A stretch of DNA of 64,000 nt from assembly GCF_009914755.1 (NCBI RefSeq), contig NC_060931.1, one strand, 5' to 3'. Position 1 is the stretch's first letter, and every line of letters begins with the position of its first letter. The notes beneath the pieces are model-generated. The model was not told the DNA's origin, did no database searches, and saw only the letters and a program-made list of their open reading frames with translations. This DNA comes from the human T2T-CHM13v2.0 reference genome, Homo sapiens. Below are positions 1-13,184 of the stretch, one piece after another. The position numbers and the translations under genes are program-made.

Positions 1-361
1 GTCCCTGGTAACCTCCATTCTATCCTCTGCTTCATGAGTTCAATTTTTTAAGATTCCACATATAAATGAGATCATGCAATATTTGTTTTTCTGTTCCTGG
101 CTTATTTCACTTAACATAATGTCCTTCAGTTTCATTCATGTTATTGCAAATGACAGGTTTTCCTTCTGTTTTAAGGATGAATACTACTCTACTGCATATA
201 TATAAAACCCATTTTCTTTATCCATTTATACACTGATGGACACTTAGGTTGCTTCCACATCTTGGCTATTGTGAACATTGCTGCAATGAACATAGGAATG
301 CAGAAATATGTTGCAAATACTGATTTTATTACCTCGGGATATATACCTAGCAGTGGGATTG
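1..361 (-). mobile_element. L1 3' region (old L1MA/L1MB-type), truncated by window start
   Basis: Antisense L1 ORF2-end/3'UTR motifs 'gagatcatgcaatatttg...tggcttatttcacttaacataatgtcc' and 'ttggctattgtgaacattgctgcaatgaaca'. Confidence 0.85.
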
Positions 362-1098
362 GAAACCAGCTCTATTTTTAATAATCAGGTAACAATCCAG
401 TCCCTTCTGCTGGTATTAAAACTGTTTCCAATACACAGCATACTTTCAGAATATTTGAATATGGTACTAATAAAATACAATTAGAAAAAATAGCTCAAAG
501 ATACTTGAATGCTTTTAATAATGAGGCTATGACCCAATTCATCTTCTTACATTTTTTATAAAGGTAATACCCTTCAACTTTATCATATAAAATACTACAT
601 AGTCCAGATAATATATAATAAATTACAGAAGTTTTAATTTTTTAAAAAAATTTTATAAATTTATTTGTTATATACAGTGATTCAATATTGGGGATATGTC
701 TTCTGTTTTTCATACTGAGTGGATTAAAAATAATGATTCATGTTTTTGTTATTTTTATGCAATTGCTTCATAGATACCATATTTGAAATTTGATATAAAA
801 GTGAATCTTTTGTTACACAATTATTTTAGTTTTTATTTTTTTCTGGATTAAACAAAAAATTATAGCTTTCTCTTCTTTCAGAGACTTTGGGGCTAAGAAA
901 AAAAAAGTGCCCCAAGGCAATTTTATCAGTGTTGTCTATAGAGTAACAGCTCCTTAGAACTGAAAGATATTGCCTTTTCAGGTGTTAAACCTTTTTTGAG
1001 CTCACTTTTTCCATGGAAAGAAGAATGTTGAACCAGGTTACTGTGACAATGTCCAAAATTGGTAAAAGGAAAAGGAAAGAAAACAGTATCATCAGTAA

Positions 1099-1735
1099 TG
1101 ATGCAGGAGTTAGAGTATTTAGGCAGATAGTGAGGCTAAGTCACTCCTTGGTAAGGTTTCCCTTTTAATGAAAAGCAGTCCCCAAAGCATTTTCTTTTCT
1201 AATAAAGAGCAGCCTGTAAAATCGAGCTGCAGACATAGACAAGTGAGCTGGAAGCTTGCACGAATGAATGCCAGCAGTTGTGCCAATAGGAAAACGCTAC
1301 CTGGGACTAGGCGTAACCCAAATGGTGGCTCCATCTTCCCTTCTCTTTGCCAGCCACAGGTACAGTAAGGAACAGACAAGATGGTGCTGGACAAGTGGAA
1401 AGCCCGTTTGCATAACAAGATTAGGGTGGGGTGACCAGCCTTCCCCATGCACTGTGGAAAGGTCACACCTGGTCGAACCAATCTGTGGGTCCCATGGAAA
1501 TCAGACACTGCCTCCTCAAGCCTGCCTATAAAATCTGCTGTGGTCCTCCACATGCCAGCTTTTCCCTTTTGGACACCCCTCTCTCTCACAAGAGAGAAAG
1601 AGCTGCTGTCCTTTCTCTTTCTTTTGCCCACTGAACCTCTGCTCCTGAACTTGCTCCTCATGTGTGTCCGTGTCTTTAATCTTCTTGGCATGAGATGATG
1701 AACCCGGGTATTTACCCCAGACAACGATGCCTACA
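1099..1735 (+). mobile_element. ERV1 solo LTR, LTR9-like
   Basis: TG...CA termini; 'gagcagcctgtaaaatcgagctgcagacatagacaag' and 'gggtatttaccccagacaacgatgc' match my recollection of LTR9; CCAAT at 1478, TATAAAA at 1527. Confidence 0.75.
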
Positions 1736-2119
1736 GATTTACAAAATAATCTCAAACAAGAAAGGAAACTGTATAGAAAGCTGACTTTACTTCAAAAGGG
1801 ATTCTTATTTAAAAGCATGATAATGGATTAATTATCATTAGAAAACAGAGGAGCAGGCTATCTATATAGAGTTACACAAAGAGAATCTGAACACCTCCAT
1901 GTTCTCAGATAGCTTTAAGAATAGGTTTGTAAGCTCCAATTTATCTTTGGGATAGGGTAATAAATTCCACCATCCAAATTCCAATAGCCTTCTGGGAAAG
2001 TTGATGAATTCATTTATTCATATTTATTTTTAAAAACTTGTTTTATTATGAAATATTTTAACTTTATAAAAAATGACAGATTTATCTTAATAGATGACGT
2101 TTGAATCAGTATTAACATC

Positions 2120-2300
2120 TGGCAATTAGTTATTTGATACATGCTACATTCCAGGCAATTTGTTAGCAACTGAACTTCCAGTGTTTTAAAAGAGAACTAA
2201 AACAGTCTTTGCCTTAAAAAGACTTTAATTCTTGTAGTAAAAACTTATGCAAATAGCTAACTACAGTGAAAGATAGAAGGTAGCAAATGTTACAGGATAA
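2120..2300 (-). mobile_element. L2 fragment
   Basis: Degenerate antisense L2 3' end ('tatttgatacatgctacattccaggcaatt...gccttaaaaagactttaattct'). Confidence 0.5.
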
Positions 2301-2489
2301 GTGGGCATACAATAGACTAGGAAAACTGAAAATGTGAAATCATGTGAGAAGAAGGGGAAGAAGATTTTAGGTTCATATCTACTGAGGAAATTTATATAAC
2401 GCTAGTGAGTAGAAGAGAGTTCAGTAGAGGTTACAAAAGAGGGTGACTCATTCAGCATGTAACAGTTTTGCCCTAACACACGTCTGGTG

Positions 2490-2780
2490 TTGTCTAAGTG
2501 CTAGAAGAAAATCTAAGGCAGGGTAAATGAAATGGGAGAAATTCTAGAGGTGAAGGAGAAAGTGCTATTTATATGGGTGGTCCAATAAAGCCTCTCTGAT
2601 AAAATGGCATGTGAGGGGAAACCTCATGGAAAGAAAAGCGTGAGTTCTACAAATGGATATCTGGTGGTAGGGGGAAAGTTGAATTTTCTGGGTTGAGTGA
2701 AAAGTTAAGTACAAAGGCTCAGAACCTGGAGAGTAACTTCTGAATTATAGGAATGGAGAGGAGGTCCATGTGACTGCAAG
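2490..2780 (-). mobile_element. L2 fragment
   Basis: 'gtgctatttatatgggtggtccaataaagcctctctgataaaatggcatgtgag' resembles antisense L2a. Confidence 0.55.
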
Positions 2781-2991
2781 AGAGGGAGTAAAGGTATGGG
2801 GCAAGTGTGGTAAGAAACCCAGGCTAAGTGGTAGCAGACGAGTTTGTTGAAAATTAAGCAGTGTTCCACAGACTTTTCAGAGTAAACAAAATAGGACAAT
2901 ATCAAGCCAGTGTGGAAAAGTGTTTGAATGAATTTGCCTGAAAATAAGTAAACTGATTAGAAAAATGGCTATTTATACCTACCATACATTT

Positions 2992-3555
2992 TGAGAGAGG
3001 AGAAAGGAAGAAACTGGCAGGAAGTTAGGTTGGGTCCTTGGTTGAATTCTTTTTAACAAAACAACAGCCTGCAGGCACAGATAAGGGAACTTGCACAGGG
3101 GATCTTGCCTAAGAACTGCCTACAGCTGCACAGATAAGAAAGGCTACACAGGTGGTTTCCCTGGTCATGCCCAGGATGGAAAATCTGGTCGCCTGACACA
3201 TGTGCAGTAAGGGGAACAAAGCAATGTGGAATAACTCAAGCTAAGGACATATATGCGCACTAGGAGGATGAGGTGTACCTACCAGAAATTTGTGCTTTAT
3301 GCAAATAAGACACCCAGCCCTCATTGGTTTCTTATAAAAGCCTTTGCATTCAACTGTAAAAACGGCAACCCTTTTCTGGGTGCCCTCTCTGCAAGGGAGA
3401 GCTTTCTTCTTTCGCTTATTAAACTTTCACTCCAACCTCACCCTTTGTGTCCACCCTCCTTAATTCTCTTGGTTGTGATACAAAGACAAAGAACTCTGAG
3501 TGATACTTCACCAAGAGAGACTGCTACATTGTGATGCATTGGCAAGACTATAACA
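2992..3555 (+). mobile_element. ERV1 (MER4-group) solo LTR, MER84-like
   Basis: Starts TGAGAGAGGAGAAAGGAAGAAAC, ends ...ctataaca; TATA 3333, ATTAAA 3418; approximate 4-bp TSD attt/gttt. Confidence 0.7.
3299..3339 (+). promoter_or_regulatory. LTR U3 core promoter motifs: octamer ATGCAAAT, reverse CCAAT, TATA box
   Basis: ATGCAAAT 3299-3306, ATTGG 3323-3327, TATAAAA 3333-3339 seen directly; activity untested. Confidence 0.4.
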
Positions 3556-4289
3556 GTTTTATCTTATGGTTAATCATTTCCCTTTTCCTTCTACTAAAGG
3601 TACTTCTCCATAAATGTAAGCATTTGGCACATGTATCATTTGTTAAACATAGGCTACTTTAGTTCTCTACATGAAGTCTAAGATGAAGATTATTTTACCA
3701 GGTAGACTGAGGCTTTATATCTGGCCACATTCTTACCTAACTGGTAATTGTCAATTAATTGTAGTGATTAGAAATGACAACTGGAAATTCCATTGAGAAA
3801 CGAATGGAACAGTTTTCTTTCCTTTTCATTTTTCTTCCTTTGGACATTGTCACAGTACCCTAGCCCAATACTTTTTTCTCAATCAAAAGAAAGCGAGAGA
3901 TCAAAACAGATTCAATATCTGAAAAGGCAATATCTTTCAGTTGCAAGGTACTGCTACATTATAGATAACATTAATAAAATTGCTTTGGGAACAGAAATTT
4001 GGATTTCTTAACCCCAAAGTCTTCTCTGGGAGAGAAGAAACATATAAATGTTCTTGTTTGCCTAGGGGAGGGGAAGGCAAGATAAAATAATAAACTAACA
4101 AAAATAACAAAAGATTTATATGTTTTATCACAAACTCCAAAGAAAATATTTTTTACAATTCACTGGACTTGCTGGATATTTAGATGCCTGTAACTTGCCC
4201 AGAGAAAGGTAGAAATAGCAATGAAGATAATTTAAAAATTATAATGTCACTATTTTACAGTAACACAAGGAAGAGATTATAAGAGCGGA

Positions 4290-4970
4290 TATGAATTTAA
4301 AATGAGAAATTTAATTTTTTCTATTGAAAAATAAATGAAAGGACTTCCCTTTCTTCCTTTTCTTAGAGCATTTATTTTAGAATACTTGTAATGCTACATT
4401 CTTTCTATCTCTTTGACATGTATGTAAATCTTTAAAACAGCAAATTGCCTCTTGCCAGCTTTAAGACCCAGAAATGTTTTTCTCAAGGACCTGAGAGCCA
4501 TCTCTTTGAAATGTAATCATCAAGGAAGATAGTGCCTCTATTTTCCAGTTTCTATGAGAGGGTAGGAGCCTTACATAGGCAGACACCTCCCTCCAAGTAG
4601 CAAAACTACCTTTTGTCATAAAAATATGAGTTTATTTTTCTTCTGCATAAACACAATTAACAAACACAGATGCTTGCCCTAATTAGCAAATGAATTTAAA
4701 ATCAACCTTATGTGCAAAATGGCGCTGTCAAGTCCTCCTCCTTGAGGATTTACTTACCTTGAGAACAAGTGTGTAATGTGTTGTACCTGATTATCTAAAA
4801 AGAGTGAGACTGTTGTCTTTGAAAGCTCTTTTCACATTGTCTTTGATGTGCAACACATTCTGCTTTAATGTTTAATTAATAATAAAATTGTTTTCTTCGT
4901 CTTCTACCTTTGTAATAAGTTTTCTGTTAGGAGATTTGGGAGGTTTTTAAAGTCGTATTTCATCCAGCTC
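4290..4970 (+). mobile_element. ERV1 solo LTR, MER67C-like
   Basis: 'cttagagcatttattttagaa', 'ctcaaggacctgagagccatctctttgaaatgtaatcatcaaggaagatag' and 'gggtaggagcct' typical of MER67; AATAAA near 4881; ends approximate. Confidence 0.75.
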
Positions 4971-4974
4971 AAGT

Positions 4975-5145
4975 AATGTATTTATTAGTATGTCTTTTCT
5001 TACTAGAATCTAAGGTCCATGAGGGTAGAGATTTTTTCTGTTTTATTCTTTATTCCCAGTATCTGGAATACTATCAGGCATATAGGAATACTAAATAATT
5101 ATTGTGAATATACAAATATATAAATAAATGAATAAATAAATGAAT
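4975..5145 (+). mobile_element. L2a 3' end
   Basis: 'actagaatctaaggtccatgagggtagagattt...ggcatataggaatactaaataatt' with (aatg/aata)n tail. Confidence 0.75.
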
Positions 5146-6914
5146 TAGGATTTCTCATCTGATTTTGTCACCTATTATTTCTTTCATAAGATGAAATTCC
5201 TATTTCTGGTACCCCCAGGCCCTAGTTTCATATTGTAAACCAGTACCCAAGGCATATAAAGACTCAAACGTCCTTTATTTGAACATGCCTGGTAATCAGA
5301 CTCCAAATACTGAGCCATTTTAAACGTCATTCAGGGCAGTAAGAGTGTAAGAATAAAAGAGAAACTCACTTATCCCCCAACCTGTCTGGAATCTTTTTCA
5401 TGGTAAAAGAGTAAATCATTAAACTGTGATAAATCATCAATTTATGGTAAATCATTAAACTATCGTGCCAGAACTTCTTATGTTCTGCATCAAAATTTGA
5501 ACACAAATAGAGATTTACCCACAGTATTTTTCTGCAAATCATATAAAGATCTTTTTTTTTCTGGCTTACACAACAGAATTAGGAGCCTCAAATAATAGTC
5601 TTCTGTTCTCAGAATAGCAATATAAATATTGTTTCCCTATGCAACATGACACTCCAGGACTTTTTTGAAAGAAGTGTAGATAGCTATCTATGCTGAAGAC
5701 AATTAGAGATTTGAAATATGCTAAGATCTCAGTTTGTCTGAAGGATAATGAGTTGGTAACAGCAGTTATTCACTAATCTCAGTACCCAGGGATATTGGAC
5801 TAATAGAAAGGAAAGTTGCAGAATTTAAATTAGACATAATAGATATATTTGAGAGAATATTATAGTAAGCAATCCAGCTTTACTAAGAGAATATATATGA
5901 ATGCTTAATAGTTTACTCTGTAGAATGATTTTTGCATATTTTATGCCAAGGAAACAATGCTTAGATGCTCTAAAAATAAGCTGCCAACAGATTTCCCCAT
6001 AAGCTCCATGACTATAAGAAGTATTCATTATTGCTTCTCTGGTGCAGATTAAGAATGCGAGAAAAAAAAGTAGGAAAATGAGATCATTTTAATACACTGA
6101 TGATAGCTTTAGTTTCAGGATGTCCTTTTGAAAATGAAACACTTAAAGCCTTCAGTGAGCCTTCAGGCAATTCAGCAGCTCTTTTCTCCTCTGTCAATTC
6201 TAGAACCATTTATACCACACATCTATTGGACTTTCTGACATCCTCCTTCCAGGAATCTACATTCAAATCTGATTGTACCTCAGAGGTGATGGATGCTTTA
6301 GGCCTAAATTCCACTTGGGCGAACATTAGAAAGCCCTCTTGAAGCCATGCAATGTCATTTGCATAGTTATGTCTCCACAGCCAAAGATTTTTCCAACTCC
6401 AGAAATTTTTTATAACTGTGACAAGGAACTCCAAATATTGCAAAACATTCATCTTGCTATTTTTGTTCTTGAGAGCTATTTCACCAATATATTCAACATA
6501 TAATTCCCTGCTGTAATTAAATAGACATATTTGCAAAAAGTTAAACAAAAGAATTATCAGCTTAAGTAGAAGAAAGAAAAGTCATCTTATTAGAATTGCT
6601 TTTTATACTGAAAATATGCTTAAATGTCTCACATCATTTTTGGTGATGGCACTTCTTGCAGCTAGAGTGTAATATCATTTGGTATGGATTTTTTTTGCAT
6701 AATTTCTATGACAGAAAGAGGTATGCTTAGCAATCCCTCAGCTAATGAGAAAGCTTTAGAAGAAATGGATCCTTTTTCTGTGAAAAAATCTATTGTTAAT
6801 GCTCACTGCCAGCAAGAGACTAATTTTACTGACAATGTAAAGAACTTTATTATCTCAACTAAAAACACAAGTGATATTAACACAAAAATCACTTTTGTTT
6901 TATGCTATTCATAC

Positions 6915-7298
6915 TGTTATGGATTGAACTATGCCCCGCACCAACGTTCATATACGGAACCTCTAACCTCTATTGTGACTATTTTTAAAAATATGAGCTT
7001 TAAGAACATAATTAAGGGTAAATGAAGTTATAAGGTAGGGATCCTACTCCAGTAGGCTATATGTCCTCATAACAAAAGAAAGAGACACCAGGAGTATATG
7101 CCTATGAAGAGCCATATGAGGTAGTAGAGAGAAGGTGGCCATCTGCAAGCCACGAAGAAAAGCCTCACAAGAAAGCAAACCTAGTAGCACTTTGACCTTG
7201 GACTTCTAGCCTCCAGAACTGTGAGAAAATAAATATCTGTTATTTAAGCGATCCAGTGTGTGGTATATATTTATGGCAGCCCAAGCAAACTAATATAC
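6915..7298 (+). mobile_element. MaLR solo LTR, MLT1A-like
   Basis: 'tgttatggattgaactatgcccc' start; 'ggacttctagcctccagaactgtgagaaaataaat' and 'gcagcccaagcaaactaata' end. Confidence 0.85.
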
Positions 7299-8058
7299 AT
7301 GTTAATGCCAATTTATTTTAACTATGGAATTCCAGAGATGGAAAACATGACTCATTTAAGGTTACTCTTGTTCCTGACTGTTCTTGAGGTGATAAATACG
7401 ATGGTATATTCTGAGTTAGGAACATATCAAAACGAAGCTCTAACTATAGGAACAAACTTGGTTAGGTAAAACACAATGATTGAATATTGCTAGTCAGTCT
7501 TTCTTACCATTCTGTGTGGGGCATTTAATTAAATAATTGTCAACAACAATAATTGACTGGCTGCAGATATACTTTATTTTCATTTTATATAAAGTTGTGC
7601 TTAGGATTAATGTGCCATTGTGGGATTTGATTCAATAACAAACCTCTGTCAGATAAACTTCTGTAAACAGACCTAATTTTTTTCATATTCTAAATTTTCA
7701 AAACAGCCAGTTTTGACAGGGCACATCACAGAAATGGCCAGTTTGTTCATATGAAACTCCTTGGGGGCTGCAGCTTGAAACACTTTATATTGATTACTAG
7801 GTAAATAATGTAGTGACTTGGTTGAGGGGGTCTTTCCTCATCTGATTTCTTCAGCTCACTTATGTTATATTCCTCTCCTGTGAATTTCCATTAACTTGCT
7901 ATATTGTTCCTCTCTAGTCAAGTCACTTTCTAAAAGTTTAGCTGCTGCCCTGTACAATCACCTTCTACTCTATGTTGAATTCACTACTTTACTCTTAGAT
8001 AATTGCTTCTTTATCTGTCTGGCATTTATGGTGCTTTTCTCTAAATTGGTTCTGCTTT

Positions 8059-8371
<313 letters not shown>

Positions 8372-8603
8372 AGTTATGCTTTTACATAATCTAATCTCCT
8401 CAATATATCATTTTTTTCAATGGCTTCACTGAAACTTACTGTGAATTTGAACTTCTGTCATTTCTCTTTTGTCTTTACATTTATTCATTAAATAGACTAT
8501 ATTTTCTCTTTCTACTTCATTTTCCAGCCTCTCTACTTAATTCCCCAATGTCTGTTTTATATATTTATTCTTTCTGTGACAGTGTCTATTAAAATTCACA
8601 TTC

Positions 8604-8912
8604 AGCTGGGTGCAGTGGCTCACACCTGTAATCCGAGCACTTTGGGAGGCCAAGGCAGGCAGGCCACGAGGTCAGGAGTTCGAGACTAGCCTGGCCAACA
8701 TGGTAAAACCGTGTTTAGTCTCTACTAAAGATACAAAAAAAAAAAAAAAATTAGCTGAGCGTGGTGGCACGTGCCTGTAGTCCCAGCTACTCAGGAGGCT
8801 GAGGCAGGAGAATCACTTGAGCCCAGAAGGCAGAGGTTGCAGTGAGCCAAGATCGCGCCATTGTACTCTAGCCTGGATAACAGGGCGAGACTCCGTCTAA
8901 AAAAAAAAAAAA
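8604..8912 (+). mobile_element. Alu (AluSg-like)
   Basis: Full dimer with polyA; TSD aaaattcacattc at 8591-8603 and 8910-8922. Confidence 0.95.
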
Positions 8913-9194
8913 ATTCACATTCAAGGACTCTGATTATTCAAGTACAATAGCTTCTTTCTTGTTCTCATCTTAATGGTTCTTACCATTGATTGAGGCAGGA
9001 CAAGGAAAAGGTAATCAAGTGGCAGTTTTATATTTAATGTCTGAAGCTAAAATAAAAATGCCAAACTATATGCCATCAAAACACCTTGTCAAGGAAAGCC
9101 ACAGGTTCTCTTAAATCTCTCTCAAGAACATTATTCTCTATTAGTATAAAATTAGAAGGTTTTATTGTCGTTGTTAGTAACTGTTAATTTTGTG

Positions 9195-10255
9195 ATTAAA
9201 ATTGGTTCCAAATTGTGGCTGGTAAGTCCCATACATTACATATGGATGTTAAAGGTGATCGTGTTGAAGTTTCAAAAGTTAAGTGAAGAGAATGGTAGAG
9301 AAAGCTTTTATTGTTTTAGTGAATGCATATATCATCATAATCAGAATGTTCATGGAAATAATCAGCCTTAAAGGAAATAAGAGGAAGAAACTTAGTATCA
9401 TGCTATTGGACACTGGAGATAAGGTGATCCATGTCATAAAGTGACAAAAATCCTGGATGAATTGTGTTCTGTTGGGTGGAAAATAAAACTTTTAAGCAAT
9501 GCACTTGAATATTTAACTGTGAGGGTTTCCAAGCAAAGTGTAGAAAATGTAGTCTGGTATCTTCTTGATACTTATTGGAGAAAACGAGAGCAAAGAGATG
9601 AAGTTCCTAATGCAAAAAGGAACCAGCACTTGATGGTTTGGGAAATTCTCAACCTATCCAGACAGTATACTTTGGAAATAAGACCAAGTATGTGGTCATC
9701 TGTTAAAGAGATTAGTTATACATTTAATGGATTCAGTCAACCATCTCAGCAGAGGCAGGGAATGGAGACGGGGTTATCCAGATGGAATCTGTGAAGAATG
9801 CTATTATGCAATGGTCTGAGTCCCCTGGAAGTACATAGAAGACCAAAAAAGTCTTTAAAAATGTTATATCTTCAGAAACACTTTCAGCTTGGGCCAAAAG
9901 GGACAGAGATGAGACAAAATAAGGGAAGGCTGTCAACCTTCTCAGAGTCTATAGGCAGAAATGGGCTGATAGAATTACTCAGCTATGCACATGCACTACC
10001 CGTCATGAAAGAGAAAGAATGACTCCTGAGACACAGCCGTGGGTGTAGGAACAGAGACCAGATAGGCAAGACCAGAGGCAGAGGTTGAGTAGGACAAGAG
10101 GCAGGGGATCCATACCCTTGCATAATAGCATTCTCCATGGCCCCAAGGGCAGATACCACAGAGAATTGTACTGAAGCCCTGAAATCCATTGCAACTTGCC
10201 TTGCTAAATTCTTGCTTTAAATGCTTGCTTTAAATCAGTGACTGCTTTATTCCTT
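9195..10255 (+). mobile_element. MaLR internal sequence (MLT1-int), degenerate
   Basis: 'tattggacactggagataaggtgatccatgtcataaagtgacaaaaatcctggatgaattgtgttct' and 'tttccaagcaaagtgtagaa' are typical MaLR-internal motifs; followed by an MLT1 LTR piece. Confidence 0.7.
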
Positions 10256-10259
10256 CCTT

Positions 10260-10400
10260 ACAGACTTCAGATAGAGCTAAGTCATGCAAAACCACCATTT
10301 CAGAATTCTGGTCTTTAGAATTCAGAGAAAATATATTTCTGTTGTTTGAAGCCACCCAGTTAGTGGTAACTTGTTAAAGCACTTCTAGAAAACTAATACA
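10260..10400 (+). mobile_element. MLT1 LTR 3' portion
   Basis: 'atttctgttgtttgaagccacccagttagtggtaacttgttaaagcacttctagaaaactaataca'. Confidence 0.8.
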
Positions 10401-10703
10401 GCTTAATAGAACATTTAATTAAATATGTATTGAATCACAGTATCGGTAACTTAAAATTCCTCTGATGCTAAGCAAATACTGCTTGTAAGTCAAGATGTAT
10501 CTAGACGTCAAATGCTGTTGCACAGCATACCATGTTTTAAATAAAATGAATTATACCTAAAGTCGTTACTTGTTTCAAAGCAAAATATATTCAATGTTTA
10601 CACTTAAAAAATCATAATTTTCAATGGTATTCTTAAAAAGCAGTAGTATCTGCTATTAGGAATTCAGCCTGTCCTGCTGGTCACTAAAATTTCTTCTTTT
10701 ATT

Positions 10704-10746
10704 TCTCCTCCTCCTCCTTCTTCTCTTCTTCCTCTTCCTTCTCCTT
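10704..10746. repeat. (CTC/CTT)n pyrimidine simple repeat
   Basis: ctcctcctcctccttcttctcttcttcctcttccttctcc seen directly. Confidence 0.7.
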
Positions 10747-13184
10747 TTACTTGCCCTTCAATTGCTCCCAATTTAATACCTCTATCATATCAAAAAGTTA
10801 TAAAAATTTCCTTGAAAGTAATTGAACTACATTTAAAAATCTCTTCATTGCATGTGAAAAAAAAAAAAAAAAAGAGTTGTCCTGAATGAAAGACAGCCTC
10901 GATTTTAGTTAACTAGTGCTTACAATCTCACATTATCTTAAATGCACATATATTTTAAGGAAAATTTATCATATGTGAACATAGGATATAAAATTTACAA
11001 AACCTCATTAAGATTTTTAAATCTAAATGAGATAAAAAAGTCTCATTAAGATTTTTAACAGCCCATGGTAAAAATAATTATAGTTCTTTTACATAAATTT
11101 GCATGATTAACTTGGGAGACCCCAATAGTTTTAATGATGTATTTACATAACATTTGAAAATGTACGATAATTTCAGTCAACCAGAACAATTGTCTTAATC
11201 TATATAAGTTACAAATATATTCACAATTTAAATAAGAAAAATCACCAATTAATTACTTACTGTGCTGTTTTTATCCTTATGAAAAATTCATAGGATAAAA
11301 GCTTCATTGCAAGTAATTAGAGCACATTATGTGTAATCACTTGCCAAATTTCATGTTTTAAATCAATCATTTTTTGTGTTCATATGTTTGAAGTAATTTC
11401 AGAAGTAAATAATCACAGAGCCCCGCAAATGAGGTAATATGGTAAAACAAATATAGCAAAGTATTTTAAGAAAGCAATAGACTAAAGCAGAATCCCTTCT
11501 GTGAGCTACCTGGCATCTTTACACTAGTTGGAGGTATCGGGTAAATAACATCTTTACAAACAACTTGTGTATGAGTGAGGTTCCTGGAAAATATTTACTT
11601 TTACTTTATTTTTCTAAGAAAGCAACTTACATTCATTGCCTTCTTTCAAAACAAATTTGATCTATTGTGTCACTAGATATTTGTTCCTAATTCATTAAAT
11701 TATACTTTGATTATAACTTCACTTTTTCCTACTGTACTTGTATATACTATTAGATACATTTATTCTCAATATGCATCTTTTGATGTATGGCTTTGTAATA
11801 TTTATTTTGACACTAGCAGTTTATAATACTTAATAGATTATAACTATAGATGAGCAGTCAGTATTTGCATCTTGCATATTATGTGTTTTATTCCAATTTA
11901 CCTGGTATATACTACATATAGTTACTATTCAATAAACATTTATTTTTGATGTAGATTGCAAGGAGAATGTCAGTCATAAGTCAATTAGAGAATACAGAGA
12001 GGTTGTACTTAAAGCTTAATTGAAGTATAAAGCATAACAATAAGAACATGTTCGAAACGATTGCTACATCACCCTTTGAGAGAATGATAACCACTGAGGA
12101 TTAGAATATTAGACTTTATTTACACTTAAGCATGCTTGGACTGTAAAGAAACACTTTCTTATATATGGGACACTCAAGGGTACATGTAGACACATACCCT
12201 TATTGACAGGGTACATGTAGACATATCTGCCGTCCTGCAAATATCCCAGTGAAAAAATATTTAGTTCACCTGCTCATGGAAAATATCAGTGTCCTTTGAG
12301 ACTTTTGTCACCATAGGACTGTTCTTACTGATTTTGTGGTTTATTCTCTTGAAAGATAAAAAGCAACAACAAAAAACAGGCCTAAAACTTAACATGATTC
12401 AAGGTTGCTATTGCCCCCTGGTGTGTGGAATAAGTAAGTACAAATTTTCTCTGGAGTTAGGATTCCTAATCCATTTTCCTCTGAATTCCCAAAGATTTAA
12501 TTTAGCCAAATATGAGCCATCATTTATAAATCATAAAAATACATAAATATGGCTGGTCTTCTGTAATAACATTAATAAAGTTTTAAACTTTCCTCAATGG
12601 TAATCTTGTACAATTTTTTGTTAAAATTTTTTCTTTATTTTCTTGAGATACCCCTGTAGGATGATCACAATTTTGACATTTATTCTCAAATCTATGCTAT
12701 ATTCACAATACTTGCATAATCAGAAGTCAAAATAAAAATTTAAGTCATTAAATATTTTAGTTATTGGAATTTTTTCATTTATGATCAAGAACAATATAGG
12801 AAAGCTCATCATTATTATTTCTGGACAATGTATGACCAGAAAATCCACTTTATATACTATAATACGACAAAAAGAAGAGTTAAATGGATTTAAAAAAATA
12901 ACTTACAATATCATTATTTTTCATAAGTGATATGCCCAGATACATAGAAAAGCACAATCAATTTTAGGTAGTTAAGGAATTTTGCTGGATCAATATATAA
13001 AATCCACTTTCATTTATAAGGCAGTATTAATTAATGACAATAATTTAAAATGAAATTCTGTTTCTAATAGCAACAAAAAGTATAGTTCTATCAGTTATTT
13101 ATTACTACAGTATAAATTAATTTTACATAAAAACAATAAAAATAACAGCAAATCAAACTAAAAAAGTATTAATATATATATATC

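Noticed and set aside
1119-1724. 201-aa minus-strand ORF
   Set aside because: Lies wholly antisense within the LTR9-like element and has no recognisable domain.
6100-6548. Overlapping 80-aa and 112-aa ORFs in apparently unique DNA, possible processed pseudogene
   Set aside because: No protein family recognised, no ATG start for the longer ORF, no poly(A) or TSD. A tblastx/BLASTP search would be needed to revive it.
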